64,000 nt of DNA from Phycisphaerae bacterium. Its GTDB lineage: Bacteria; Planctomycetota; Phycisphaerae; UBA1845. Both the position numbers and the translations under genes were made by a program. The stretch's first letter is position 1, and the number at the start of each line of letters is the position of its first letter. Positions 1 through 9,343 of this stretch are shown in pieces. Below the pieces are notes generated by a model. That model did not search any database and had not been told where the DNA came from. It worked only from the letters and a program-made list of their open reading frames with translations. The stretch is taken from contig JABWBH010000004.1 in the NCBI GenBank assembly GCA_013360585.1, positions 49,422 to 113,421 of the forward strand. The letters are read 5' to 3'.

Positions 1-572
1 TATCCGGCGCGGACTTGCGGCGTCATCCGCTCGCGGTGAACGACCGCCATCGTCAGCGCGGCGCGCGAGAACCCGTTAAGCCCACGGACCAGCGCCTCTC
101 CCAGCAGCGGCGGACGGCACATCCGAATCCGCAGCGGAACCCGGCCGAAAAACGCCGCCGTGTTCAGCACGACAAACCGGCGGAAAAGCTCCGGTCGCCG
201 CACCGCCACCGCAAACCCGATCGCCCCGCCCCAGTCATGCACGACGAGCGTGATGTCACGCAGATTCAGGTGATCTATCAACGTCTCGAGGTTCGCCGCG
301 TGTTGACGCAGCGTGTACGCGTAGTGCGCCGGTTTGTCGGATCTGCCGCAGCCGACGTGATCCGGCGCGATCGCGCGATGCGACCCGCGCAGCGCCTCGA
401 TCATCCGCCGGTAGAAGAACCCCCACGTCGGGTTGCCGTGGAGCATCAGGACCGGATCGCCCTCACCTTCATCCACGTAGCGCAGGACCGCCCCCTCAAG
501 CGGCAAAGCGCGCGTCGCGTAGTCGAACTTCGCCGCGTCGGCGCCTCCCGGATCCGTGGCATGTGCGCTCAT
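1..572 (-). CDS. Alpha/beta-fold hydrolase (haloalkane-dehalogenase-like), partial; the C-terminus lies beyond the window start
   Basis: Not in the ORF track because it is truncated. My own translation of the minus strand from ATG at 570-572 gives MSAHATDPGG...VLMLHGNPTWGFFYRRMI...DHVGCGRSDKP...LVVHDWGGAIGF. This shows the HGxP oxyanion motif and an HDWG nucleophile elbow. Its ATG overlaps the stop of the upstream gene by 4 bp (ATGA). Confidence 0.8.
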   Translation of the reverse strand, partial: MSAHATDPGGADAAKFDYATRALPLEGAVLRYVDEGEGDPVLMLHGNPTWGFFYRRMIEALRGSHRAIAPDHVGCGRSDKPAHYAYTLRQHAANLETLIDHLNLRDITLVVHDWGGAIGFAVAVRRPELFRRFVVLNTAAFFGRVPLRIRMCRPPLLGEALVRGLNGFSRAALTMAVVHRERMTPQVRAG

Positions 573-1459
573 GAACGTAGTTTCTGCCGATCCAGCGTCA
601 CCGTGACGAACACCAGCGTGTCCGTCCGTCGCCCTCCCCGCGCCGAGGTCAGGTACCGGCTTCCGAGCAGGACATCCGTCTCCGGGGTGTTCTCGTTCGG
701 ACCGAGGATCATCACGTCGCCGGGATTCAGGATCAACGAGGCGGTCAGCTCCCGGAAACGCTCCAGCGGAATAAGCGCGCTCGGAGACTCCGGGATCAGG
801 GCCCACGCCGAGGTTCGTTCCGGCGCCAGCACGTTCAACTCGACCCACATCCGCAGGCGGTCTCGCCTCGGCGGCAAGGTCTCGTATTCAAGACGGATCG
901 TCTTGCGTCCGGCGTCAAGCGTTCGTCCGATCAGACGGCCGTCCGCGTGATGAATAAAAAGCGTCTCGCCTGGCTCGACGTCGCCGACGTGCAGAAAAAG
1001 AGGGAACCCGGTCTGGAGCGACTGCGCACTGGCGACCGACGGCGTCACGCTGTCGCGCAGGATCGCCTGGATCGCCGGCCAGTTATTCTGCGTCACCACG
1101 CCGATCCGCAACCCGTTTCGCGCCAGCCGGACGACGACTTCGGGATCCACCCGCAGCACGTCCGCATGCTCCCAGATGTTCAGGGAATGCCGGATCGGTT
1201 CCGCCGGAAGTTCGACGCGCAATACCTCAAACCGGACGAGCAGAACCTCCAGTTCGCCGTTCGTCGGCGTGCGCGGTTCGACGAACTCGGCAAAAGGATG
1301 TGCGTCGTCAGTCGGGGCTTCCGAAGTCGCGGGCGAATTCGGCTTCGGGGCCGGAGCAAGACCCCAGTTCCAACCCATGTCACTCTGCGGCCGGCAACTC
1401 GCCGACAGGGCTAGAAGAAGCGGCGGACCGATCCTGCAAATGCGATGAAGTCGACGCAT
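569..1459 (-). CDS. Hypothetical lipoprotein
   Basis: ORF 569..1501. An internal ATG at 1459 gives MRRLHRICRIGPPLLLALSASC, with the lipobox LSASC. Amino-acid composition is normal, unlike the Arg-rich antisense ORF. I recognise no family. Confidence 0.6.
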   Translation of the reverse strand: MRRLHRICRIGPPLLLALSASCRPQSDMGWNWGLAPAPKPNSPATSEAPTDDAHPFAEFVEPRTPTNGELEVLLVRFEVLRVELPAEPIRHSLNIWEHADVLRVDPEVVVRLARNGLRIGVVTQNNWPAIQAILRDSVTPSVASAQSLQTGFPLFLHVGDVEPGETLFIHHADGRLIGRTLDAGRKTIRLEYETLPPRRDRLRMWVELNVLAPERTSAWALIPESPSALIPLERFRELTASLILNPGDVMILGPNENTPETDVLLGSRYLTSARGGRRTDTLVFVTVTLDRQKLRS

Positions 1460-1537
1460 GCCGTAATGCGCAACGTTAGCGCCGGGATTCCGGGGCGTCA
1501 AGACGCCAGAACGTACGCCCCGCTGGTGTTGGCGCCG

Positions 1538-2131
1538 TCATCGAAGCGCCTTCTCGCCTCGCGCCACGCGCTGCTGGTTGACGTGTCCCCACGCCAGCCC
1601 GTCGTTCCGGAGAAATTTCACCAACTGCGACGTCGTCAACCGCAGCGCCTCCGCCGCCTCCGAAACGCGCAGGTCGCACGCAAAAAGCACGTCGAGCACC
1701 TCACGCAGTACGACCGGGTAGTCTTCATTCCTCAGGTTGATCGCCAGTCCGGCCCCTTCCTCAGCGCCGGCATCCGCTTCAGGCGTATCCTCCTCCGACG
1801 CCCGGCGACGCCCGCGCGATCGTGTGCGGTACTCGTCGAGCAGAGGACTAGGCCGATAATCACGGAGGTCGGTCAACCACCGATCGTGCAGCGCCAGCGT
1901 GTGCCGCAACCGCCGCAACGCACGCGCCTTGTTCTCATGCTGCGACCGGCTTTCCACGCCGACCGACGAAAGCCCGGTCCGTCCGTGCCGCAACCTCACG
2001 GCCGAGTCGGTCTTGTTCCGCTTCTGCCCGCCGGGACCGTGCGACCGGAACAGGTCCACCTCGCACTCCAGCAGGAGCGCTTCGTCATCGAGCTTCAGGC
2101 TGTCCCGCCTTCGTGGCTGGGTCATCGTCAT
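1538..2131 (-). CDS. RF-1/GGQ-domain protein (ArfB / peptidyl-tRNA hydrolase-like) with an extra C-terminal domain
   Basis: The motif HGPGGQKRNKTDSAVRLRH is the class-I release factor GGQ loop. ATG at 2131 (MTMTQ...) is preceded by GAAAGAAGG. The C-terminal ~60 aa (LRVSEAAEALRLTTSQLVKFLRNDGL) looks helix-turn-helix-like. Confidence 0.8.
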   Translation of the reverse strand: MTMTQPRRRDSLKLDDEALLLECEVDLFRSHGPGGQKRNKTDSAVRLRHGRTGLSSVGVESRSQHENKARALRRLRHTLALHDRWLTDLRDYRPSPLLDEYRTRSRGRRRASEEDTPEADAGAEEGAGLAINLRNEDYPVVLREVLDVLFACDLRVSEAAEALRLTTSQLVKFLRNDGLAWGHVNQQRVARGEKALR

Positions 2132-2403
2132 GCCTTCTTTCAAGGATCGGTGCGGCATCATGCGCCGTTTCGGCGGCAAGGCAACCGGGGCATGCGGAAC
2201 CCGGCATCGCCCTCGTCCGAATAACTTCTTCAGGGAGAAACCCTCGGGGCAGCACCGCCGATCGCGCGGAAAACTGTGTTCCGCAAAGATCGCGCGTCAA
2301 CGCCCGCCAGTGCAAGTCCCGCCCCGCCCCAACCGATAACGCAAGCGGATTATTGTCACAATCGAGCGCCGCTCGTCGGCGGTCGGCAAGGGAGGTCGTG
2401 CTT

Positions 2404-4257
2404 ATGCGTAACCGGGTTCCTCATCGCATCGTCCCCGTCATTGCGCTCGTCGGCATTGTCGTGGGTTGCAGCTCGCTTTTTGATCATCTTGCGTCGCAAT
2501 CCGGGCGCGACAGCGGCGCGTTCAGCTCGATCAGCAGCGACTTCTCGAACGACAACGTCTCGATCGTCCCACCCCCGCCGGACGACTCCGCGCCCGTGGA
2601 CGGCGCGGGAGAGGAAACGCTCAGTTTCTTCACCGCCTATCAGATCGATCCCACGGCGGAGGACACGGCCGGTCCGAAATTCGTCGTCTCCGGCGATCTG
2701 GATCAGGACGGGTTGCCCGACCTGGTCAGCGCCTGGAACCAGTCCCAGCCGGTGCAGATTCACCTCCAGCGCCGGGACGATGACGGCAACATTTCGTTCC
2801 GCACCGTGACGCTCGCCGGTACGACACCGGTCGCCGTCGTCGCCGGGGTACAGGTGGGCAACATCAACGGCGACGCCTTTCCGGACGTCGTCGTGCTGGT
2901 CAAAGCGACCGGGGCTGGGACGCTGTGTCCGGCCAACTCGGTCGGCGGTCCGCCGACTTCGCTGGGTCTGCTCGAAGGGGAGATCATCATCTACATCAAC
3001 CCCGGCAGCGACAGCCTGGTGCCCAACGGCGACCGCTGGGCGGAGATCCTCCTCTCGAATCCGATGGTCATCGCCTATCAGGTCGATGACGCCGGCAACA
3101 TCGTCCCGTCCCGCTGGATTCACAATCAGTTTCCCGGGCGTGAGACCGCCGAAATCGACGACGCGAAGACGAAGCCCGAGTTGTCCGGCTTCACCTCGCT
3201 CGCCCTGGCCGATCTCGACGGCAACGACGGTGACGAGATCATCGTCGCCAACAACGCCGCCGAGTGTGAAGCCCTCCTGCACAAGCCGCCGCTGTCGATG
3301 CTCGACGTCTGGATCAACCCCGGCGGCGTCGCAGCTGAGGATCCGGCGAACTGGGGCGTCCCCGTGCTCACGCCGGCGAACGAGCTGGCCGGCGCGCCCA
3401 TCACGATCGAATTCGACCTGCCTGATCTGAACACAATTCACGTCAGCGACGTGGACGACGACGGCGACCTCGACGTCATCGCCACGTTCACGAACTCGCT
3501 CAGCCGCAACATCCGCTGGTGCCGCAACCCCTTCGTTGCGCATCAGGAGGGCGGACCGGGCGGTTTCGCCGAAGTCGTCGCGGGCAACGTGGATCCGCCG
3601 CTGTATCAGGCCAGCGGCTGGGAGCAGCGCCCCGTCGGGCAACTCGACACCGGCGCCGATATGATGGCGATCGGCGACGTCGACGGCGACGGGTTTGACG
3701 ACGTGGTCGTGCGTTCAACGCTCGGACAGATTGTGCAGTGGTTCCGCCGTCCGACGTTCGAGGCCGTCGAGCCGGAATTCCCCCCGCCGGACCCGACACC
3801 CGACCGCACCAACTTTCCCTGGCAGGTGTACACGTTGACCGAATTCGAGCTGCGCGAGCCGGAAGCGCTCAGCGTGGGCGACGTCGACGGCGACGGACGC
3901 AATGAAGTCATCGTGGCCGCGGAGGGCGCGGTCGTCTGGTTCGACGAGTCGCCCACCCTGACGGCTTACGACCCGTGGCTGGAGAACAAGATTATTCAGG
4001 ACGGCGCGACGGAGACCACCACACCCGGCGCAGGCGCCACGTCCGGCAACACCAACGACAACAGCTCCACCCCTCCGGCGGGCTCCGGCGTCGGCGTGTC
4101 CGACGTGGACGTCTCGACGCACATTAACTTCCTGCTGATCGTGGACCTCGACGGTGACGGGTTCAATGACATCGTCGGAACGCTGGACCGACGCACCGGA
4201 CCGGGATTGTCCGATGACCGGCTCGTCTGGTATCGCAACAATCTCGGAGACGAGTGA
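2404..4257 (+). CDS. FG-GAP / integrin-alpha-like beta-propeller lipoprotein
   Basis: Seven DxDxDG-type Ca-binding FG-GAP motifs: GDLDQDGLPD, GNINGDAFPD, ADLDGNDGDE, SDVDDDGDLD, GDVDGDGFDD, GDVDGDGRNE, VDLDGDGFND. ATG at 2404 follows GGGAGG. The signal/lipobox is VIALVGIVVGCSS. The ORF-track start at 2113 is probably too far upstream. Confidence 0.85.
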   Translation: MRNRVPHRIVPVIALVGIVVGCSSLFDHLASQSGRDSGAFSSISSDFSNDNVSIVPPPPDDSAPVDGAGEETLSFFTAYQIDPTAEDTAGPKFVVSGDLDQDGLPDLVSAWNQSQPVQIHLQRRDDDGNISFRTVTLAGTTPVAVVAGVQVGNINGDAFPDVVVLVKATGAGTLCPANSVGGPPTSLGLLEGEIIIYINPGSDSLVPNGDRWAEILLSNPMVIAYQVDDAGNIVPSRWIHNQFPGRETAEIDDAKTKPELSGFTSLALADLDGNDGDEIIVANNAAECEALLHKPPLSMLDVWINPGGVAAEDPANWGVPVLTPANELAGAPITIEFDLPDLNTIHVSDVDDDGDLDVIATFTNSLSRNIRWCRNPFVAHQEGGPGGFAEVVAGNVDPPLYQASGWEQRPVGQLDTGADMMAIGDVDGDGFDDVVVRSTLGQIVQWFRRPTFEAVEPEFPPPDPTPDRTNFPWQVYTLTEFELREPEALSVGDVDGDGRNEVIVAAEGAVVWFDESPTLTAYDPWLENKIIQDGATETTTPGAGATSGNTNDNSSTPPAGSGVGVSDVDVSTHINFLLIVDLDGDGFNDIVGTLDRRTGPGLSDDRLVWYRNNLGDE

Positions 4258-4277
4258 CGCGGCGAAGTCGACCGGGG

Positions 4278-5147
4278 TCAGATTTCGGAGGGACCGTAAT
4301 ACGCCTCGACGGCAAGCCCCGTCTCCGCGCGAACGCGGGCGGCGACATAGTCCACCTCCGCGGCCGACAGCGGCGTCACCGACGGCTCCGCGGGCTTGCG
4401 GGCGACGGTGTACACCTGCACGCGCGCCAGCCGCCCGCCGGCGTACGTCACGCCGTTCAGCGCTGCGATGTACGCGGTGAGCTCCTTGTCGTCCGGTCCG
4501 ACGCCGTCCACGCGCATGAACAAGGACTGGATCACCACCGGACGCCGGCGCGCGCACGCGAGGATCTCGTCTAACACATGCCGCAACGGGACGTTCGGAC
4601 GGTTGATCCGGCGGTAATATTCCTCCGTCCCCGCGTCCAGCTTCGCCCAGATCTCGCTGCGCTCCCGATCGAGCAGCGCCAGCCCCTCCTCCACCTTCGG
4701 TCGCGTCAGGTACGCCGCGTCCGTAATCACCACGATCTTCACGTCATCCAGTCTCAGCGACCGCTTGACGCCCGCCGTCAACGCGACGCATTCCGCGAAC
4801 GTCTTGCAGGCCGTCGGCTCACCGTCTCCGGAAAACGCGATGTCCCGCAGTCGAACGAGGTGCTCCGGCAGCCCCGCAAACTCCGGCTCCCGCGCCAGCC
4901 GACCGTCGATCACGCGCCTCAGCATCTCGCGCAGCTCGACCTCGAGCACGCCGGCGTCCACCTCGCGCACCACCGGCGGCGTCGTGCGGTCCACCTGGCA
5001 GTAGATGCAGTCGAAGTTACACGCCTTGTCGGGATTCAGGTTGATCCCGATGCTGATGCCCCCGCTGCGGCGGGAAACGACCGGGTAGACGTAGCGGTTT
5101 GCGCGCCAGTCCCGCGGGTGATGCATGAATTGCGGCAAGGTCGTCAT
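4278..5147 (-). CDS. Radical SAM protein (COG0731-like, function unknown)
   Basis: CNFDCIYC is the CxxxCxxC radical-SAM cluster motif. It is preceded by VVSRRSGGISIGINLNPDKAC, which is typical of this subfamily. Confidence 0.85.
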   Translation of the reverse strand: MTTLPQFMHHPRDWRANRYVYPVVSRRSGGISIGINLNPDKACNFDCIYCQVDRTTPPVVREVDAGVLEVELREMLRRVIDGRLAREPEFAGLPEHLVRLRDIAFSGDGEPTACKTFAECVALTAGVKRSLRLDDVKIVVITDAAYLTRPKVEEGLALLDRERSEIWAKLDAGTEEYYRRINRPNVPLRHVLDEILACARRRPVVIQSLFMRVDGVGPDDKELTAYIAALNGVTYAGGRLARVQVYTVARKPAEPSVTPLSAAEVDYVAARVRAETGLAVEAYYGPSEI

Positions 5148-5316
5148 CTCGGTTCAGCGCCTTCGGCACAAGGTCTCGTCCCGGGGGATTCTAACGTTAC
5201 ACCGCGGCCTTTGCTTCAGCGACCATGCAGACTGCGGCGGCGAAGGCGGTCGGCGCGGTCGGCCGATGCAGGTGCGAGTCAGGCCGGAGGATACGCCTCC
5301 CCCGTCGGCAAGTTCG

Positions 5317-6945
5317 TCACATCCTGAACACCCCGTGCGTCCGGGGTTGCGGCGGAGCGTTGAACGATGCGGAGAGGGCGAGGGCGAGGACGTTGCGGGT
5401 TTCCGCCGGGTCGATGACGCCATCGTCCCAGAGGCGGGCGGTGCTGTAGTAGGCGCTGCTTTCGAGGGCGTATTTCTCAAGGATCGGGCGTTTCAGCTCC
5501 GCTTCCTCCTCCGGGGTCATGCGGGACGGACCGCGACCTTCCGCCTTCGCCTTCGCCGCGAGCTGATCATTGCGCACGGTCGCGAGGACGCCCGCCGCCT
5601 GCTCCCCGCCCATCACGCTGATCCGCGCGTTCGGCCACATCCAGAGGAACCGTGGCTGATACGCACGACCGCACATACCGTAATTGCCCGCGCCGTAGGA
5701 GCCGCCGATGATGACCGTGAATTTCGGCACGTTGGCGTTGGCGACCGCCGCCACCATCTTCGCCCCGTCCTTCGCAATGCCCCCGGCCTCGAACTGCCGA
5801 CCGACCATGAAACCCGTGATGTTCTGCAGGAAGATGATCGGCACGCCGCGCTGGCTGCACATCTCGACGAAATGCGCCGCCTTCAGCGCGCTTTCGGAAA
5901 AGAGCACGCCGTTGTTGGCCAGGATGCCGACGGGGAAGCCCCAGAGATGCGCGAACCCGCAGACCAGCGTCGCGCCGTAAAGCGCCTTGAACTCGTGAAA
6001 CCGGCTGCCGTCCACGATCCGGGCGATGATTTCACGGACGTCGTAAGGGCGACGGATGTCCTTCTGAATCACGCCGTAAATCTCGCTCGCGTCATAAAGA
6101 GGCTCCTCGACCTCGCGCGTCTCGATCGGCGTACGCCGCGGGCGGTTGAGGTGCTGGACGATCGACCGGGTGATCAGGATCGCGTCTTCGTCGTTCATCG
6201 CGTAATGATCGGCGACGCCGGAGGTGCGGCAGTGAACATCCGCCCCGCCGAGATCCTCCGCGCTGACGTCCTCGCCGGTGGCGGCCTTCACCAGCGGCGG
6301 ACCGCCCAGGAAAATCGTCCCCTGCTTGCGGACGATGACGGTCTCGTCGCTCATCGCGGGGACATAGGCGCCGCCGGCGGTGCAGGAACCCATCACGACC
6401 GCGATCTGCGGGATGCACTTCGCCGACATCCGCGCCTGGTTGTAAAAAATGCGCCCGAAGTGATCGCGATCCGGGAAAACCTCGGCCTGAAGCGGCAGGA
6501 ACGCCCCGCCCGAGTCCACAAGATAAATGCAGGGCAGGTGATTCTCTTCCGCGATCTCCTGCGCGCGGAGGTGCTTCTTCACCGTGATCGGGTAGTACGA
6601 CCCGCCCGCGACCGTCGCGTCGTTGGCCACGATGACACACTCGCGCCCGCAGACGCATCCGATGCCCGTGACGACCCCCGCGGCCGGTGCAGGCTTCTCA
6701 TACAACTCCCACGCCGCCAGCGCCGAAAACTCGAGAAACGGACTGTCCGGATCGAGCAGGCGGTGGATGCGGTCGCGGACGAAGAGCTTGCCGCGGGAGG
6801 TGTGCTTCTTCACGGCGTCCACGCCGCCCCCCTGCCGAACGAGTTCGAGACGCGAGCGGAATTCGCCCACCAGGGCGGCCATGTGCGCCCGGTTTTCCTC
6901 GAATTGCGGGCTGGATACGTCGACGGCGGTGGAAAGGATCTCCAT
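5317..6945 (-). CDS. Acyl-CoA carboxylase carboxyltransferase beta subunit (methylcrotonyl-CoA / propionyl-CoA carboxylase beta-like)
   Basis: Full-length carboxyl-transferase signature: [40 protein letters not shown]..., [37 protein letters not shown]. The ORF-track start at 6969 is TTG. ATG at 6945 (MEILSTAV) is preferred. Confidence 0.9.
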   Translation of the reverse strand: MEILSTAVDVSSPQFEENRAHMAALVGEFRSRLELVRQGGGVDAVKKHTSRGKLFVRDRIHRLLDPDSPFLEFSALAAWELYEKPAPAAGVVTGIGCVCGRECVIVANDATVAGGSYYPITVKKHLRAQEIAEENHLPCIYLVDSGGAFLPLQAEVFPDRDHFGRIFYNQARMSAKCIPQIAVVMGSCTAGGAYVPAMSDETVIVRKQGTIFLGGPPLVKAATGEDVSAEDLGGADVHCRTSGVADHYAMNDEDAILITRSIVQHLNRPRRTPIETREVEEPLYDASEIYGVIQKDIRRPYDVREIIARIVDGSRFHEFKALYGATLVCGFAHLWGFPVGILANNGVLFSESALKAAHFVEMCSQRGVPIIFLQNITGFMVGRQFEAGGIAKDGAKMVAAVANANVPKFTVIIGGSYGAGNYGMCGRAYQPRFLWMWPNARISVMGGEQAAGVLATVRNDQLAAKAKAEGRGPSRMTPEEEAELKRPILEKYALESSAYYSTARLWDDGVIDPAETRNVLALALSASFNAPPQPRTHGVFRM

Positions 6946-7120
6946 CCAGGGCAGGGTATCCTTCCGCAACGTGAATGCAACGCCGGCATCCTGAGCGACA
7001 AGGACGCCGCCTCCTCTCGGATCGCGGACCTCCGATCCGCATGTTGTACGTGAGAGCGCGGGTTTGCGGTCCGCACCGTGTAAAGCGGAGCCTCGTTATC
7101 CCGCCGCGCGAAGCTGAGCG

Positions 7121-8263
7121 TCAGACTCGTGTCCGGTCCTGCGCCTGCCAGAGCTGCTCCAGCGTCGGCTCGCGCCCGCACTCGGGACAGCGCGTGCGCG
7201 TCAGCCCGGTCAGGGCGTACCCGCAGCTCGGACATCGCGGTCCGGATGACGGAAGGTCGCTTGTGTCGTGGATCGGCCAGCACGACACGGTGACGATCAT
7301 GAAAACGCCCCAGCCCAGCAGCGGCGCCAGATCCCTCGCCTCGCTCAGCGGACTGCCCAGATTCGGAAGCAGCACGATGATCGCGCACGGAAGCAACATC
7401 AGCAGCGCGGCCCAGCCGACCGTGCCCCAGATCACCTCACGCCGGAACACGACGAGTCCTCGCCAGATGAGCATCCACAAGAGGGTGAAGATCGCGGCGC
7501 TGAGGGCGTACGCCAGGGCAAGCGACGCGGGGTGTGCGATGTTGGAGAGGCTTGAGATGGCGATGACGATGATCAGGAAAAGCCCCACGATGATCGGAAT
7601 CGCGCCGATCGAGGCGAGAATGCGCCGAGCCGTGGGCGTCATCCGCGCAGGTCCGGGCGCCCCGGCGGGATCGTCCGCAGTTCGCCCAGGCGCGATCAAG
7701 GTCGCAGCGTTCCTCGGCGCGCGATCAGGGTCGTCAGCGAAACTCACCGACCCGGACGGGGTTACCGGGGAATTCGACGGCTTCACTACATCCTCGCTCG
7801 CTGCAAAAGACTCCGCCGTCGGTTTACAGATCGGCGGGGTTCGCGTCACCACGGCATGCGCCGGACGCAGTCGCGGAAACATCGCCTTGCTCCACCAGAT
7901 CCAGACCGCAAGAAAGACCCACGCTCCGAGGCAGGCCTGCTCCTGTCCCATCTTCAAGGCGTCGTCGGTGAAACAACCGGAGTCCCACAGCGGCTGGGCG
8001 TAAACGACCTGGGCAAAAGGGACGAGACCGATGACCGTCGTCCAGAAAAGACGACGACGCGTCCACGCCACGTACCGCCGCCAGATGCCCAGCGCCGCCG
8101 CGATCGACAGGACGGCGAACCACGCATTCATCTGATTCGTCGGATCCTCCAGCCGTTGCAGACCGAACCCGCCGCTGACGTCCTTCAGGAGGTACGTCAG
8201 CAGGATGGCGCTGGTCGGGATCAGCACGATCAGCGCCACGGACGCCGTCAGTCTTCGCAGCAT
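7121..8263 (-). CDS. Polytopic membrane protein with a C-terminal CxxC...CxxC zinc ribbon
   Basis: Multiple hydrophobic segments. The C-terminus reads CPSCGYALTGLTRTRCPECG. ATG at 8263 is preceded by GGAGTAAGG. The track start at 8281 is GTG. Confidence 0.6.
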   Translation of the reverse strand: MLRRLTASVALIVLIPTSAILLTYLLKDVSGGFGLQRLEDPTNQMNAWFAVLSIAAALGIWRRYVAWTRRRLFWTTVIGLVPFAQVVYAQPLWDSGCFTDDALKMGQEQACLGAWVFLAVWIWWSKAMFPRLRPAHAVVTRTPPICKPTAESFAASEDVVKPSNSPVTPSGSVSFADDPDRAPRNAATLIAPGRTADDPAGAPGPARMTPTARRILASIGAIPIIVGLFLIIVIAISSLSNIAHPASLALAYALSAAIFTLLWMLIWRGLVVFRREVIWGTVGWAALLMLLPCAIIVLLPNLGSPLSEARDLAPLLGWGVFMIVTVSCWPIHDTSDLPSSGPRCPSCGYALTGLTRTRCPECGREPTLEQLWQAQDRTRV

Positions 8264-8300
8264 GACCTTACTCCGACCCACGGCGCCCCGAACCGCGATT

Positions 8301-8472
8301 GCGGCGCAAGATCTCGCCCCCTCAGGCGCGGCACAAGGTCAGAGACTCTCCGCCGCGGCGCAAGGTCTCGCACTCTCAGCCGCGGCGCAAGACCTCACCC
8401 GCTTGCCGACTCCGCCGCCGTAACGGTGCAGAATCTCACCCGCTGCTGACCCAGCCGCGGCAGCGGCGCAAG
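8301..8472. repeat. Degenerate tandem repeat with core GCGGCGCAAGRYCTC; four copies are exactly 27 bp apart
   Basis: GCGCAAG/GCACAAG cores begin at 8304, 8331, 8358 and 8385 (27-bp period). Another begins at 8466, which is 8385+81. Degenerate copies lie near 8427 and 8535. The repeat is intergenic between two minus-strand genes. Confidence 0.7.
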
Positions 8473-8659
8473 ACCCCAGCCCACGGCGCCAGCCGTGGGT
8501 CGCCGATCGTTCCGCGCGCCAAGCCCCGGCAGGGGCGCAAGAATCTCTGACGACTTCACAAGATAGAAACGCAGACTCCTTGCCCCGCAGCGTTCACATC
8601 GCGCGAAGCCTCGCGCGGACTTAAGCCTCACGGCTCGGTCAACATCCCCCCCGGCTCCG

Positions 8660-9148
8660 CTAAAACAGCGGCGGCTTTCCGGCACAGCGCCGCCAGAACG
8701 AGAGCTGCCCGGTATGAATCGCCGCGTGCGTCGTCATGAGGTGGGCGATGAGCTGCTCGACGGTCTTGATCGGCGTGCCGTCGAGCACCTTGACCGGGTG
8801 CGGGCCCTGAAGCTGCTCGGGGCGGGCGCTCTTCACCGCCTCCTTCACCCGGGCGTGTCCGGCGGCCAGCGCCTCCAGCAACTCCGCCTTGCTCGGTCGA
8901 GTCTCACCCTGCGCCAGTTCCGCGCTGCCGGGTCCGAAGCGCTTGTGCCACTCCTTCGGCAGGGCGGCTTTTTGCCCGAGGTTCATCAAAGCGTAGTCGG
9001 TGGCGATCGCCAGATGCGACAGGATCCACGCCGCCGAGTGTACGCCGGGTTGCGGGCTCCACCCGAGCTGGGCGTCGTCCACGTCGGCGGTCAGCCTCTG
9101 AACATACCCCAGCAGGAAGTCATAAAGCACGGTTTCTCGCTCGAACAT
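8660..9148 (-). CDS. DinB-family (DinB_2-like) four-helix-bundle protein
   Basis: Size is 162 aa. The His pattern is SHLAIATDY ... LIAHLMTTHAAIHTGQLSFW. ATG has a GGAG Shine-Dalgarno sequence. Confidence 0.7.
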   Translation of the reverse strand: MFERETVLYDFLLGYVQRLTADVDDAQLGWSPQPGVHSAAWILSHLAIATDYALMNLGQKAALPKEWHKRFGPGSAELAQGETRPSKAELLEALAAGHARVKEAVKSARPEQLQGPHPVKVLDGTPIKTVEQLIAHLMTTHAAIHTGQLSFWRRCAGKPPLF

Positions 9149-9343
9149 CGGTTTCTTCTCCAGCTCCGAACGCGGACACGGGAACGTCTCCCTCGGGGCA
9201 AGATTAACAAATCCCGCCGTCGTCGTCGATCCGGCGAAGTCGCCGCAGCGGGTCGCCGGCGTACGTCATTGCCCCCGGCGCGGCTCGCCCGCACAATGCG
9301 CCGTGATCCAGCCGACGGCGGTTCAATTCGAGAGGAGTCGCGC

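Noticed and set aside
15-950. 311-aa plus-strand ORF covering the window start
   Set aside because: It is extremely Arg/Pro-rich and lies entirely antisense to two well-supported minus-strand genes, the alpha/beta hydrolase and the lipoprotein. This is a typical high-GC shadow ORF.
8299-8550. 83-aa ORF across the 27-bp repeats (RRKISPPQA / RHKVRDSPP / RRKVSHSQP ...), and the idea that the array is a CRISPR
   Set aside because: - **As a coding ORF:** it has no Shine-Dalgarno sequence and gives a purely basic low-complexity product that is an artefact of the repeat period being a multiple of 3.
- **As a CRISPR:** the units are contiguous and degenerate rather than identical repeats separated by unique spacers of similar length, and no cas genes are present.
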